Shown here piece by piece: positions 37,396 through 52,237 of a stretch of DNA of 64,000 bases (within the stretch, counting starts at the first letter, position 1; the number at the start of each line of letters is the position of its first letter). Below the pieces are notes generated by a model. That model was not told the DNA's origin, did no database searches, and saw only the letters and a list, made by a program, of their open reading frames with translations. The stretch comes from Octopus sinensis. Taxonomy: Eukaryota. The translations under genes and the position numbers were made by a program. The stretch lies in contig NC_042997.1 of the NCBI RefSeq assembly GCF_006345805.1, positions 167,338,001 to 167,402,000 of the forward strand. The letters run 5' to 3'.

Positions 37396-37997
37396 AACAG
37401 AGAGAGGGATGGAAACACAGGGAAGAGTAAGTAAGGGAATGAGAAGTTAAAAGAGTAAATCAGAGACGCTGGGGTTAGAAAGAGAGAGAAAATATAGGCA
37501 ATAACACATATACGCACACACAAACACATACACATATATACACACTCACATACACACACACTCACACAAAGGCACAAAAACACATACACACATAAACAGA
37601 CATAACCATGAGGTTTTACGGTCTTGATTACCACTTCAGCGTACATCTGGGACAAAGAAATCAAAACAAGATTTCGAAACATGATATCAAGAAAACACTT
37701 GTATGATGCTAAGTGTTTAGCATGAAGAGCAATTATTATAGTCGATATTATTATGTATGAGTTTATAACTCGAAAGGATGTAAGGCAAAGTTTTTCGACA
37801 ACTGGGTCTAGATATGTTTCTGTGATCTAGGCCTTTCTGTCGCAGTCGAATTCCACGTTTTAACTCCGTTGCGCATCATCTTCTGCGCGTGTCTTTCTTT
37901 GTAATCTCGAATATAGTAATTATCATGTGACAGGAGTTTCGAAGCCCTTCGTATATATATTTTATATTCATTTATTAGCTTCCATCATTGCACTGTA

Positions 37998-38231
37998 TAT
38001 TTCTTTACTACCCACAAGAGGCTAAACATAGAGGGGACAAACAAGGACAGACAAACGGATTAAGTCGATTATATCGACCCCAGTGCGTAACTGGTACTTA
38101 ATTTATCGACCCCGAAAGGATGAAAGGCAAAGTCGACCTCGGCGGAATTTGAACTCAGAACGAAACGGCAGACGAAATACGGCTACGCATTTTGCCCGAC
38201 GTACTAACGTTTCTGCCAGCTCGCCGCCTTC
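37998..38231 (-). mobile_element. SINE family C full monomer with a perfect 16-bp TSD
   Basis: CCATCATTGCACTGTA at 37982-37997 and 38232-38247. Confidence 0.95.
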
Positions 38232-38705
38232 CCATCATTGCACTGTAGCTTATGCCGGTCCACTGCCTGCAAGGGCTTACATTAGGCAAACCACATATTT
38301 GTTTCAGTCTGGTACTTGTTTTATCGCCTCCATTTCTCGAACTACGGAACATACGCAAAAATACTGGTTACTTTTATCTTTACGCGCACGTCCAATCAAA
38401 TTATATCTTCTTGTCTTCGTTATCTGAATATTCCTATTAACGATCGTGTTTCATTCCTCGAATTTCGTTCTAAGATCGAAGGCATGTACCTAAGTCATGA
38501 ATTTTGCAGCTTTAGATTTAAGAAATACACACACATACGCGCGCGCTTGCATGCATATAACACGCATATGTCCATACATACATACTTACATATATACATT
38601 CATACATATATACATACATATCTACGTATGCGTGTTTGTATGTGTATTGATATTCATATATATATATATAGTTATCTATATATCCACAGCTATCTATCTA
38701 TCTAC

Positions 38706-38772
<67 letters not shown>

Positions 38773-39559
38773 GACAGAGAGACAGAGATATACATACATA
38801 CATACATACATACATACAGTGGCCGCTCGTATATAGGCACTGCAGAATTGCAGCACCCTCCATTTCCACTTGATATTATCGATAACATTCAATATAATGA
38901 ATCCTTTTTTCTTTAATTCTTTCTTTATGCCACCACCTAGTTTATGAAAAAAATACAAAAATCCTTGTATAGAACTGTGCGCTCCACAGTTCCAGTATCA
39001 TGATGTTTGACTGTTGTGCGCATGATTACATGTCCGAGATAGGAAGCTGCACGCTAGGGAGAGAGAGCACCGTGGTTCTCGCAGTGTCGACCCTGGTGTG
39101 CTGGTGAAAGGTAGTGTCTCTTTTTGACTCCACGTGTATTATGCTTAGAAACGTGTTTATATTCTTGAATGTGGTAAAGTGTAGATTATTATCCTGCTTC
39201 CAGCTACAGTGTTGCTGCCAGGATTTGAAAAGTTGGGTAGATTTTTACTACTTAATTTGTGATTTAGGGAGAATTTTTGAATAACAAGGGGGAATTCGCG
39301 GTGGTGTTCAGTGAACAAATTAAACATATTACCCGGCAGTGACTGCAGTGACTAAAACGCGAACCAATCAAATTTATGTATATATTTTCTTTTTATATGT
39401 TTGTTTTCTTTTACACAATATTAAAACAACGGCTAAAACTTTTTTGAAGCAGTACCCACCATTAATTTTATCTACGAACCGCCACTGCATACATACATAC
39501 ATACATATTTATAAACAAACATATATAGATATAGATATAGATAACTGGAAGAGAAGAAG

Positions 39560-39648
<89 letters not shown>

Positions 39649-40138
39649 GTAGATAGATATCAAAGTCACACAAGTAATTGGAATGAAGTCGCCCACTATA
39701 AACTCAGACCCCTAGACTATCTCTGCCGATTCTTCTGTGACTGAAGTAGCTTCTACTCCTCGGTGCTGGCAGGTCTCGTGCGATCTCTACCCGATCACAC
39801 CCAACTCCTCTTTCCTCCTCTCGTCCCTTATGTAGTGCTCGTATATACCTCAGCATCTACTCCTATCTCCCAGGACATCAGCACTCGAATTCCTTCTTTG
39901 CACATGTTTTGTTATTTTTTTTCTGCATGGTTTGACTTGATTTTATGAGGACGGCGGATTATTAACAACTGTAGACGTCTGGGCAATATACGTTGCACTG
40001 TTTAAGCATATCCTTTCGCGTTCTTTTTTCAGATCCCAACTCACTCGAACTTGCATCTGATCTTTCTGAATTGATAAAGTTTCAGTCAAGTAAAAGTACT
40101 TACTTTTCTTGAACTTTAAACTAATTCGTGCCATTGAC

Positions 40139-40193
<55 letters not shown>

Positions 40194-40195
40194 GA

Positions 40196-40740
40196 GTGAG
40201 AGAGCAGTGCATGCCATCAAAGTGACACTGGGGTAAAACATACGAAGCCCAGTATACCCGTCTAATAAAGGTACATTAGGCACATGCATCACAACCACAT
40301 GTGCGCGACATGGTGATCTCATATCAAGATAAACAGCAAATGATCTTGCAGGTGGGGTCCAGTTAGAATTTTCTTCAGATCGAGTAACCCATCCCGCTCA
40401 AAAGGTCCCTGAATAAGGGTTATTTAAGGATATTGAACGAAACACCCAAGCTTCCAGAGAGGAATTATTCAAACCCCAAAGAATCCCTCTCAACACATGG
40501 CTATGTAGTTCCCCCACTACTTCTACTCGTGATCAGAGATGCACATATCATCAGCCACTAAGGGACATGCTCAACTGGTTAAGGTCAAAAACTGACAAGC
40601 AAATCTGTGGTATTGAGCAGAATATTTGCTGTAGCCCATCTTTTGTACCAAGACAAAACAATGTACATGATAACACTTCCAATCAGTTAAGACCAGAAGC
40701 CACGAGAGCCACTACTTGGTACTGGATCGGGACATTTATT
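40196..40740 (-). mobile_element. Unclassified interspersed repeat (probably a retroelement 3' piece) between two (TTA)n tracts
   Basis: (TTA)n at about 40140-40195 and 40755-40793. A partial second copy lies at 18255-18360. No coding motif recognised. Confidence 0.55.
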
Positions 40741-40752
40741 ATTGTATTTTTA

Positions 40753-40793
<41 letters not shown>

Positions 40794-40842
40794 GCGGGGG
40801 GACTATCGCTGCAAATTAATAATAATTTGTAATAAAATATAG

Positions 40843-41180
40843 GTTCAAATTTTGGTGCAAAACCAGCAAGTTCGACCCCAGGGCTCAACTGATACTTATT
40901 TTATCGACCCCCGAAAGGATGAAAGGTAAAGTCGACTTCGACGGAATTTGAACTGGCGTGATAACGATTCTTCCAGCTCGCCGCTTTCATTTGTGATAAA
41001 ACGTTACAATCTTATTCCCGCTGTACGGCCTGCGTTCAAATACCACTGAGGTCGACTTCACCTTTCATCCTTTTAGGGTTCGATAACTGATTCGTTATCA
41101 GTTGAACACTGGGGTCTATGTAATCGACTTGCCCACCTACCTTTTGATATTGCTGGCCTTGTGCCAAAATTTGAAACCAT
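40843..41180. mobile_element. Two degenerate family C SINEs, minus (about 40843-40987) then plus (about 41020-41180)
   Basis: Both contain the GAGGTCGACTT..CCTTTCATCCTTT..GGG..GATAA domain, in opposite orientations. Confidence 0.75.
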
Positions 41181-41224
41181 TATTATTACAATTATCATCT
41201 GACGACGAACTGACCAAAAGGCGC

Positions 41225-41390
41225 AGGAGTGGCTTTGTGGTAAGTAGCTTGCTTACGAACCACATGGTTCTGGGTTCAGTCCCACTGCGTGGCACCTTGG
41301 ACAAGTGTCTTCTACTATAGCCTCGGACCGACCAAAGCCTTGTGAGTGGATTTGGTAGACGGAAACTGAAAGAAGCCCGCCGTATGTATG

Positions 41391-41474
<84 letters not shown>

Positions 41475-41730
41475 GTGTGTGTGTATGTATGTATGTATGT
41501 ATGTATGTATGTATATGCTTGTGTGTCTGTGTTTGTCCCCCCAACATCGCTTGACAACCGATGCTGGTGTGTTTACGTCCCCGTAACTTAGCGGTTCGGC
41601 AAAAGTAAATGATAGAATAAGTACTAGGCTTACAGAGAGTAAGTCCTGGGAGTCGATTTGCTCGACTAAAGGCAGTGCTCCAGCTTGGCCGCAGTCAAAT
41701 GACTGGAACAAGTAAAAGAGTAAAAGAGTA
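41225..41730 (+). mobile_element. SINE family B, full length
   Basis: Complete head, long internal (TA)n(TG)n(TATG)n, and tail. Confidence 0.92.
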
Positions 41731-41744
41731 AAAAAAAGTATGCC

Positions 41745-42100
41745 GGACAAAATGTTTAGTAGCATTTCTTCCGTCGTTACTTTCGAGTGCCATCAAGATC
41801 GACCTTGTGTTTCATCTTTCGGGTTCGATAAATAAGTACCACTTGATCCTGGGTGGAGGATCATTGTACCTAAATTTGAAATCATTAAGACAACGAGCTG
41901 GCGCGATTTTTAGAGCGACGAATAAAATGCCTAGCGACATTTCTTCCAGTTCGTTATGTTCTGAGTTCAAATTCCGCCTAGGCCGATTCTGCTTTTCACC
42001 CTTTCAGTGTGTACCAACTGAGAGCACTGAGGGCGATGTAATCGACAACTCCTTCCCTCCTAAAAATTTCAGGCCTTGTGTCTATAGTAGAAAGGATCAT
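41745..42100 (+). mobile_element. Two degenerate family C SINE copies
   Basis: TTTCATCTTTCGGGTTCGATAAATAAGTACC near 41810 and GAGTTCAAATTCCGCC...TTTCAGGCCTTGTG near 41960-42080. Confidence 0.7.
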
Positions 42101-42123
42101 TATAACAATCATCTGCATATGCG

Positions 42124-42655
<532 letters not shown>

Positions 42656-42849
42656 TAAGATCCGTTATCGTTCTCCACGGCCACAGCAACGGTAGCAATG
42701 TCATTATCATAAAATTTTTTGTTTGTCCACTACAGAAATGCTGAAGGTTCAAAAATAAGGGCAATGAAAGCTGAAGCCGTCCAGGTCTGTTCCAGGCACA
42801 CATTAAGAAGTCTAATGATGTCTTCAAATCGGATCATAATATTAGTGTT

Positions 42850-43434
42850 CGCAATAACGATGGTGGTAGTGCTGGTGGTGGGTAGTTGTAATTCTTATGA
42901 TAATAATTGCGGAGGTGGGGATGGTGGTGGCGGAAGTGGCGGCAGCGGCAATGGTAGTGAGTCGACGTCGTCGTCGTGGTGTAGTCGTCGTGGTGGTGTA
43001 GTCGTCGTCGTGTGTAGTCGTCGTCGTCGTAATCATGGTCGGGGTCGTCGGTAATGGTGGTAGACAAATGATGCTATTCAAACTTGTATATTAGTGATGC
43101 ATTGGTAACAGAAGCTGTTCCGGTGGTAGTGTTTGGGGTGATATATGTAGTAGTGGTTGTGGTGGTATCAATCATGAAGCAAAAGTAGTAGTAGTAGTAG
43201 TAGTAGTACTAGTAGTAGTAGTAGTAGTAGTGGTAGTGGTGGTGGTGGTGGTGGTGGTAGTGGTGGTGGTGGTGGTGGTGGTGGTGGTGGTGGTACTAGT
43301 AGTAGTGCTTACCAACCACATGGTTCCGGGTTCAGTCCCGCTGCGTGGCACCTTGGGCAAGTGTCTTCTACTATAGCCTCGGGCTGACCAAAGCCTTGTG
43401 AGTGGATTTGGCAGACGGAAACTGAAAGCCCGTC

Positions 43435-43477
<43 letters not shown>

Positions 43478-44340
43478 CATGTGTCTGTATATGTTTGTGT
43501 GTCTACGTTTGTCCTTCCAACATCGCTTGACAACCGATGCTGGTGTGTTTACGTCCCCGTAACTTAGCAGTTCGGCAAAAGAGACCGATAGAATAAGTAC
43601 TAGGCTTACAAAGAATTTGCTCGACTAAAAGCGGTGCTCCAGCATGGCCACAGTCAAATGACTGAAACAAGTGGAAGAGTAAAGAGTAGTAGTAGTAGTA
43701 GTAGTAGTATAGTAGTAGTAGTAGTAGTAGCACGGCAGCTGGTGGTGGTGGTTGTGGTGGTGGTGGCGGCGGCGGCGGCAGCAACTGGTGGTGGCGGCGG
43801 TGGTGGTGCTAGTAGTAGCACCAGTAGTTATAAAACTAGTAGTAGTTGTGGCTATGGTTCATGTTCTTGTTTATTTTGTTCATGGTGTATTTGTTGTTGT
43901 TGTTGTTGATATAGTAATTGGGTTTCCAATTGTACTGTTAGCTGTGAAAGCAATGATAGTTGTGCTGGCGGCGGTGAAGATGGCCCTGGGAGGAGTGCTG
44001 ACGGCGGTGGGGACGAAAGTTATTGGAGCCATTGTCATCATAAAGTTGTTGACAGCGGCGGTGAGTGTCGCGTTGTTGTTTCGCAACGGGGTCACTTTCG
44101 GGTAAGACACCATTCAACTCTACTAACCCAGTTTTGTTAAGGGGGCCACGGTGTTGAAGGTTGCTCTTGTTACATGATACAACACAGACAGACCTAGTTA
44201 TTCTTGTTACTGTTGTTGTTGTTGATGATGATGATGATGATGATGATGAAAGAAAATATAAAGAAGAAGAAGAAGAAGAAGGTAGCGGCGGCGTTGGTGG
44301 TGGTGGTGGTGGTGATGATGATGTCTTGTTCTTGTTGATT
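42850..44340. repeat. Trinucleotide mosaic (GGT/GTC/GTA/GTT/GAT/GAA)n enclosing a SINE
   Basis: Read directly. Confidence 0.85.
43306..43686 (+). mobile_element. SINE family B, 5'-truncated, within an (AGT)n tract
   Basis: Starts GCTTACCAACCACATGG; (AGT)n lies on both sides. Confidence 0.88.
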
Positions 44341-44452
44341 TGTCACCATGTGAATTCTGATTGAGCAAACCTATGATCAAAGAGATGTTTAACCTTGACA
44401 TACAGTATTTAGGACTACATTGTAGTTAGTACTTTACAGCTTCTTATTAATA

Positions 44453-44880
44453 AAGGCGGCGAGCTGGCAGTTAGCACGCAGGGCGAATTAGCGGTATTTC
44501 GTCTGTCGTTACGTTTGAGTTCAAATTCCACCGAGGTCGACTTTGGCTTTCATCCTTTCGGGGTCGATACATTAAGTACCAGTTACGTACTGAGGTCGAT
44601 GTAATCGACTTAATCCATGTCTGTTCTTGTTTGTCCCCTCTATGTTTAGCCCCTTATGGGCAATAAGGAAATAAGAATCGTTAGCACGCCGGGCAAAATG
44701 CTTAGCGGCGTTGCGTTTGTCTTTATGTTCTGAGCTCAATCTCCACCGAGGTCGACTTCGCTTTTCATCCTTTCCTGGTCGATAAAATAAGTACCAGCTG
44801 ACTACTGGAGCCGATGTTATCGACTGTTTACCTCCCCCAATATTGCAGGCCTTTGGTCTTATAGTAGAAAGGATTATTTC
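44453..44880 (+). mobile_element. SINE family C dimer (unit 1 tail C1, unit 2 tail C2)
   Basis: Junction AAGGAAATAAGAATCGTTAGCACG matches the first junction of the 17042 trimer. Confidence 0.85.
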
Positions 44881-44884
44881 ATAT

Positions 44885-45270
44885 TATTGATTTCAAATTT
44901 TGACACAAGTCCAGCAATTCAGGAGAGAGGATAAGTCGATTAAATCGATCCCAGTGTTCAACTAGTATTTATTTTATCGACCTCGAAAGGATGAAAGGCA
45001 AAGTCGACTCCGGCAGCATTTGAACTCGTAACGTAAGAAGATTATTTCTTAATATTAGCTACTTGGAGGCGGCGAGCTGGCAGAGTCGTAAGCATATCGG
45101 GCAAAATGCTTAGCGGCATTTCGTCTGCCTTTACGTTCTGGGTTCAAATGCCCCCGGCGTCGACTTTGCCTTTCGTCTTTTGGGGTCAATAAAATTTGTA
45201 CCAGTTGAACAATCGACTTAATCTTTTCCCCCAAATTGCTGGCCTTGTGCCAAAATTTAAAACCAATATT
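44885..45270. mobile_element. Two family C SINEs, minus (about 44885-45050) and plus (about 45066-45270)
   Basis: Shared central domain; head GGCGGCGAGCTGGCAG at about 45068. Confidence 0.78.
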
Positions 45271-45368
45271 AGTTACTTGTTGGTTGCATCACTGTTCAAG
45301 GTATTGTCTTCGGGAGATAATACACTTATCCTCTAACAAAGACACCTTATCCGTGTGCTAATGTATAA

Positions 45369-46160
45369 CATGCTTAATATTGTTATATGGGTGGTTGTAT
45401 TGTGTGTATATGTAGAACAGGGGCTGCTTGTTTTCATTTATATGATTTTGATTTTAGGTCAAATATGATATTCAGGAAGTTGTCCGTTGTCAGATACTCC
45501 TTGACCATCACTTTTAGGCTGAATTTGTTGAAGATTGTAATTACTGGTACCCGAGGGTGTCAAAAGTGTACTTACTAGTTCTATTCAAATTCATGTCTCT
45601 GTCAACCCTGTACAAACCCACAATAATAACATAAAAAGAATTCTTCGTTTCGTTGAGCTGGAACAAACCTATCAGCTCATATAATGTGGTCGCATCAAAA
45701 TTAATCCTAGTGACACAAAATCGACTATTTCGGAATTCGTAATCCAGTAAGCATTTTTATTTAAAATATCTCTTATAGTGTTACTTTTAGTCATATTAGT
45801 GTATTTTCTGGCGAAATCGATAGCTTTTCAAAGATTCTGGCTTATAGAATTCTAACAATCAACTGGAGAAATCATTTGTTTTCATTGTCTTTGCTCCTTG
45901 TGATAACTGAGGCGATATTGCTTCTCAAATTCAAATTCGTGTGTCTTTTCGTGTCCATGTTTATGCAAATTCGTTTTAATAACAATACAAACGTCTTTTT
46001 CTGTTAAGATTAATGAGTTTTGAATTTGGGTGAAATTTGCAAATTCTGTGACAGATTTATTTTGTGGTCCTTCAGTGGGATGAAGGCTGGGAGTTTGCGA
46101 AGAATTCAGGTTATGTTTCAAGAAAAATTTTTTGTGGTTTTGTATTGATTTCATTGTTTG
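45369..46160 (-). mobile_element. Degenerate Penelope-like RT fragment
   Basis: The minus strand yields KAIDFARKYT, DATTLYELIGL (compare DGAEVCELVGL), VGLYRVD (compare GLYRDD) and FLNIIFDLKSKSY...NHP. Confidence 0.75.
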
Positions 46161-46989
46161 TGTTGCTTAGAGTTTACTAAGTTATTGTGTGTGTCTTTGC
46201 ATACCTTGTATAGCTTTGTTTTGTCTTGTCAGCAAAATATACGTAAATAGATATTGCAAAGTTTATTTTTGATCTTAGCTTAGCTCTTGTAACAATGGGA
46301 AGAGATGTACATAGATATATAGAGATATACATATGTATATATGTGTGTATGAATGTGTAGGTGTGTATTTTTATATGTGTATATGATATGTTTGTCATTT
46401 TTAAACTTTTTTACATGCGTATATTCCAAGACATTTGTTTTTACCAGCGTATTTTAATGTACTGAAAATATTTGAGTTACTCTTGCACTTAACACGAATA
46501 GTGATGTCTAGAAACACTGATTGAGCGTCGTACAAAATTAGCTGTGTTCCTTTTCGTTCTGATGTCAAATGCTACCGGAGGCAACTTTTCTTTCGTCTCT
46601 TTTGTGGCTTGTAAACTAAGAACTATTTGCAGGGAATAAAGGGCGTTATCTGGAACGTAACCTTCCTTTATTTTCCCCCTAAACTACTTCTTATGAAGGT
46701 ACATAGCAACAAAAACAAAACCACCCCAATTATGATAACTTTATGAAACCTATTATAAGGATATTGGATCACAGTTAAAGGCTTGGTTTCCCAGGAGAAA
46801 TGTCGCCGATATAAAATGCGCTGTACCAGCCTAATTGGAAAAGTTTCGACTACAGCCGGAAATCGCTAACACAATTTGGAAATCAACTGAAATGGCTCAA
46901 CTGGGAAATTTAATCTGTTCCTGTATTTAACATTTTTTTCTATTATATTATTTACCACCACTGTATAGCAAACAATTTGTCTCTGCTTA

Positions 46990-47700
46990 TCCTTTTACGG
47001 CCATTACCAGAACCTAAGCGAAGTGATATCATACAAATCCATCACCCTCAATGTACATATTCAGATAGTCTAGAAGAACTAATGCTTGATATCAGTAACT
47101 CACACGTCTTACTCTCCAAATCCCAGCATGGATTTAGACTACAACACTAAACAAGTACGCTACCCGTAGAAAAGTAGAACTTGAAATATATATGATGCCT
47201 CCACCGACAAAACCTTCTCGCATGCACCATTCTAACTATCATCAACATCAGCCAAAAATTTTGATTTTGTTTCCCACAATCCACTCTCAAAGATATTCAA
47301 CACTACCTTAAGAAGCATAAAATGCGAGACAGTAAACTACTTGTCCTACTGTCACTTCCAGAACTTGCGCTTTCTGAATGAAGTACGTCAGGCATCAATT
47401 CTCTTCTTCACCTTTTTGAGCTTATACCTATTCACTGCCTTATATAACATCTGGTGACTTCACATTTATATCCTATAATCATTTTCCATGCATGTGGATA
47501 ACTAAACCAGTACTATAGAAATTACTTAGAAACCTAAATTCAAAGCTATAAATTTAATGTAGCACCTGCCGCATCCAGTTTCTTCCTTCTTATTGGAAAC
47601 ACCAAAGAAACACAACCGATCATCATACTCAATATAAACGTTCCGCACAGAAGACAAAAATACTAATAGTTGCATACAATACCTCCACAACATTCACAAT
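46990..47700 (+). mobile_element. Degenerate LINE RT fragment, clade unresolved
   Basis: YRP-like motif at about 46996, LSKSQHGFR at 47112, AKNFDFVSH at 47251 and a VRQASIL (GVPQGS-like) remnant, in the correct order. Confidence 0.65.
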
Positions 47701-48883
47701 GCGTATGACCTTTTGAGCAAACACAGGTTCCACACTTGGCCATCAAAAACAAGCAATAATGGTGAACAAAGTATACTAGATCTGTATAGCAATCCTTCTT
47801 TGCCTCCAATCTTTCCGCAATAAAGCACAATAAACCAGAGATGTAGATAAAACCACATTCTATTATCACAGGTTGGACGTATATGAATAGACTGTTCAAT
47901 ACAGAGAATGTAACATAACTTGACTGTCATATTGCATTCCATACAATTCATCGCAACATGTCGAATTTTGCTGTATCGTCCTCAAACAGAATTATGGATC
48001 GTGTTTGGACTGACAGATACGTGCCATAGAACCGTTCAGTCAGTGTTTAACTAGAGTTACATAATAGGAACAGTAACAAGAACAGCATTCATTAACAGAG
48101 CAAATAATGAAAATAATACATGGTCAGATTGCAACCTGATACTGCATATAAATCAAATTCCGCACGCTGCATTAGGCATCCACTTGCTAGAAATATCAGT
48201 CAAACCTTTCTCAAATCACATTTTATTGTCTCCAAAAGGAAAGGACATTTTTGGGTGGTGTAGCCCAAGATATAAAACGGTAAGGACAGCTGAGCTGAAA
48301 TACTTTGATTATAGGTCTCCTCAATCAGGAATGACCTGGATCTAAAGAACAATAATGGCACTTCATCATCTCTTGCTCGACATCATAACGCATCAACATC
48401 GTAATACATCATAATACCAACAGCCACCGCTACAGTAGCAGAAATTACAACAGCAACAACAACAACAGCAATTTAATTCATAGCGAAATTGTATTTCGAC
48501 ATCTGGAAATAGAGAGTTTTAAAAACAATTCATTTTGACTGCCTTTAGATAAGATCATATTCCGAAATATTTCCACATTGGAAATGTTAATATGTTTGTA
48601 TAGACGTGACAGGGTGACAATATCATTGTTGTGTATTCCCATTGCGGATTAAAACATTTAGCTTTCTGTTATGCTCTCTTGTTTAACTAAAACAAAACTA
48701 ATAGCATAATCACAAAAATATACGTGTTTATTCTTCAGTTTTTCTTTTGGGCATTAATTTTTTAGATTTTTTCTTATTAAAGGTTTTTGCTTTTATTTCT
48801 TTCTTCAGGATTTATTTTTACTCTAAGTTCGTTTTCTAATACTATTTTTAAGTCACATACGCACGCACACACACACACACACA

Positions 48884-48934
<51 letters not shown>

Positions 48935-49230
48935 ACACACACACACACACACACATAATGACACAATTGTTGTACGCATCAATACATTCATACTTAAGTA
49001 TTTATATGACGTAATTATACATACATGTAAATATACATATATGAGTGGTTGTACGTGTATGTGTGTGTATGACTGTGATTATATTGAGCATTTCTAAACA
49101 CACACGTATTTATGCATGATTTTGTAGATGTGTGTATATACGAAATATGCTTGTATACGTATAAGTTACGTGTGTGTCCCTGCGTGTCTGTGTGCGCGCG
49201 CGCGTTTGTGCAATACATATAGATAGATAC

Positions 49231-49328
<98 letters not shown>

Positions 49329-49379
49329 AATATATAAGCCTTTTTTTAATTAACACTTGTCTTTCATTTTTGCCTCATC

Positions 49380-49927
49380 AAAATGCTTAGCCGTATTTCG
49401 TCTGCCGTTACGTTCTGAGTTCAAATTCCACCGAGGTCGACTTTGCCTTTCATCTCTTCGGGGTCGATAAATTAAGCACCAGTTACGCACTGGGGTCGAT
49501 GTAATCGACTTAATCCGTTCGTCTGTCATGGTTTGTCCTCTCTGTGTTTAGCCACTTGTGTGTAGTAAAGAAATAGGTATTTCGTTTGCCGTTACGTTCT
49601 GAGTTTAAATTCCGCCGAGGTCGAATTTGATTCTAATCCTTTCGGGGTCGATTAGATAAGTACCTGTCACGCACTGGGGTCGATATGATCAACTTAATCC
49701 GTTTGTCTGTCCTTGTTTGTCCTCTCTGTGTTTAACCCCTTGTGGGTAGTAAAGAAATAAGTATTTCGTCTGCAGCTACGTTCTGAGTTCAAATTCTGCC
49801 GAGGTCGACTTTGCCTTTCATCCTTTCGGGGTCGATAAATTAAGTACCAGTTGTGTACTGGGGTTGATCTAATTGACTGACCCTCTCCCCCAAAATTTCG
49901 GGCCTTGTGCCTAGAGTAGAAAAGAAT
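49380..49927 (+). mobile_element. SINE family C trimer, 5'-truncated (two C1 tails, last unit tail C2)
   Basis: Junctions AAAGAAATA(G/A)GTATTTCG; the last unit ends GGGCCTTGTGCCTAGAGTAGAAAAGAATA. Confidence 0.88.
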
Positions 49928-50399
49928 ATATTGAGCAGGAGTTTTTCTCTTAACCACAAGTCTCGCTTTATTTTTTGATACATACAAAGTTAAATTCTCT
50001 TCTACAACACCAAATCTTGTGAATTCTATAGAATATAACAAAAGTAACACACAAAATATGAAATAAGCTTTCTCGATTCCCCTTCTAATCTGGATACAAA
50101 ATCTAAAACATACAGCCACTACTTTAGTGCAAATATCCCGCGCAACAGTCGTTAAATTGATAGTAATGATATAAAGGAGCATAATATATGATATGATAAT
50201 CCTGTACAGCTTGTTAACAAGATAACAAATGAAATCAACACTAGTCATTCTCATCCTAAAGATACTCATAATAGCCTTGAATTCGAACTCTTTAAAATTC
50301 ATCTACGTATATAGTAATATTAGAAAATCAAATAAGAAATTTAGAAAAAAAAGTGAACACGAAGATAACATAATTAATGGCAATAATGCCCTTAATAAA

Positions 50400-50830
50400 T
50401 AAGTAACGATGGTTAACCATAAAATTTCTGACTTTTATCAGCACGAGACAAATTCACAAAGCAGGGTCTTAAATTGTAACTGTAAAACAATTTCCATTGT
50501 CCCCTTTGAGGTAGCCGCTTAATACATATTATCTGAAGATTTTGTCTCATTGCGTCAGCAGATATCAGCTGCTAAATCTGATTTCTTTAAATACCGTTAT
50601 GACTTACTTATACACAGTTTTAGGAATAAAAATGAGTACGTAAATCAACATATTTAATTTTAACTTTCCTAATACAAAATATGAACTACACTAGCATAGC
50701 AATATCCACTTCTTAGCCTAGAAATAAGAAAATAATTTAAACTTTATTCTACTGAAGAGCTAAATATCTTATTGTGCAACAATTAATTAATGTAAAACAT
50801 GAATACTCTTGCAAACATAAAGTTTTGAAA
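50400..50830 (+). mobile_element. Degenerate Penelope-like GIY-YIG C-terminus
   Basis: CNCK at 50475, FKYRYDLLIHSFRNKNEY at 50586 and EELNIL...INVKHEYSCKHK near 50755-50821 parallel the element at 28923-29330. Confidence 0.65.
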
Positions 50831-51244
50831 TCGTTCAAATTTTATTAAAAGAACATTCTATCCAAGTAAAATAGTAAATGATTGTTCAAGTATATCCTTT
50901 CAGTTAACTCAAATATTATTAAATGCAACAATAATTAGCAAGATAAATCTCTAAGAATATGGAAGCTTTCCAAATAACAGTGGAATAAAAGTACTTTATC
51001 TTCACTTTGTAAAATACGAAACATATACTTGTAAATTTCTATTATAAGTATTATATTTTATTCATATTCCTGTATCCTGTTAACTAGAACTATATGTAAG
51101 TAAGTGTACACATTAATTCCAAATACATAACCAAATGATCAAATATATTAATTTCATTTAAACTAGAATTGAATACTGTTTCAGAGGTTACAACTCTTTT
51201 ACTCTTTCACAGCTCGTGAACCATGGCTTTGCTAGTACAACATC

Positions 51245-51990
51245 AATTGGTGCTATTGCACCTTCATTAATCTTTCTTTATAAGTTGAAATTTGGTGAAT
51301 GAATGAATCTGACGCTACTACCCTCCTTTGCATTTCATGCCATGGAGTTGGTTCATCTGTGACTCTTGAAAGTAAGAGATCCAGTGTTGTCTTCAAAAAA
51401 TCTACATCCACTCCATGTAGATCTCTCAATTCCTTTGAAAGGATATTGAGAAACTGTGGGCTCTTGAATTTAAAGCTACTGCAATATCTGGTCCTACATT
51501 TTGATGGCAAGAATAGGATCTTTGGCATTATGTAATAGCACAGCGTTCTGATGTTGATATAACTTAATAATGTCAAAGTTGAGTTCAAGTCCTTCTAGGA
51601 TCTTCCTGGTGTATATTAAAGCATATCTTTCATACCTTCGTTCTAAGGGGTAAAGTTTTAACCTCTTGACCCGTGCCCAGTAGTTCATCTGCTGTAGTGA
51701 GACTATCTTCTTACTGTAGTCTCGTTGGATTGATTCGAGTTTTGCTATTAACCCTTTACAATGCAGTGACCATAATTGAGGTCAATAGTTAAAAGTAGTT
51801 CGGACTAATGTCCTCCAAAGGACTATTATGTTTTCCTGTTCAATTGTTCTGAAAGTTCCATGAATTATCCGGCTAGCTGCCTACATTTCATTTCCAACTT
51901 AGTAATATGCACGTTGAAGGATGCATCATTACTTATTTCAATGCCCAGGTCACTCACTAATTGTGATCCTTGGACTGCAATCCCCCCTGG
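51245..51990 (-). mobile_element. CR1/L2-group LINE 3' coding fragment
   Basis: VSDLGIEISNDASFNVHI, YWARVKRLKLYPLERRYERY and FLNILSKELRDLHGVDVDFLKTTLDLLLSRVTDEP. Confidence 0.8.
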
Positions 51991-52004
51991 TCCAGTTTAT
52001 TTAA

Positions 52005-52237
52005 TTCTTTATTGTCCACAAGGAGCTAAACATAGAGGGTACAAACAAGGACAGACAAATGGATTTAGTCGATTACATCGACCCCAGTGCGTAACTGGTA
52101 CTTATTTAATCGACCCCGAAAGAATGAAAGGCAAAGTTAAAACCTCGCCGGAATTTGAACTCAGAACGTAGCGGCAGACAAAATACCGTTAAGCATTTCG
52201 CCCTGCGTGCAAACGATTCTACCAGCTCGCCGCCTTA
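52005..52237 (-). mobile_element. SINE family C monomer
   Basis: Full head (…CCAGCTCGCCGCCTT on the plus strand) and C1 tail. Confidence 0.9.

Noticed and set aside
49694-50302. 202-aa minus-strand ORF
   Set aside because: Its C-terminal half is antisense SINE family C sequence and the rest is AT-rich with no recognisable domain.
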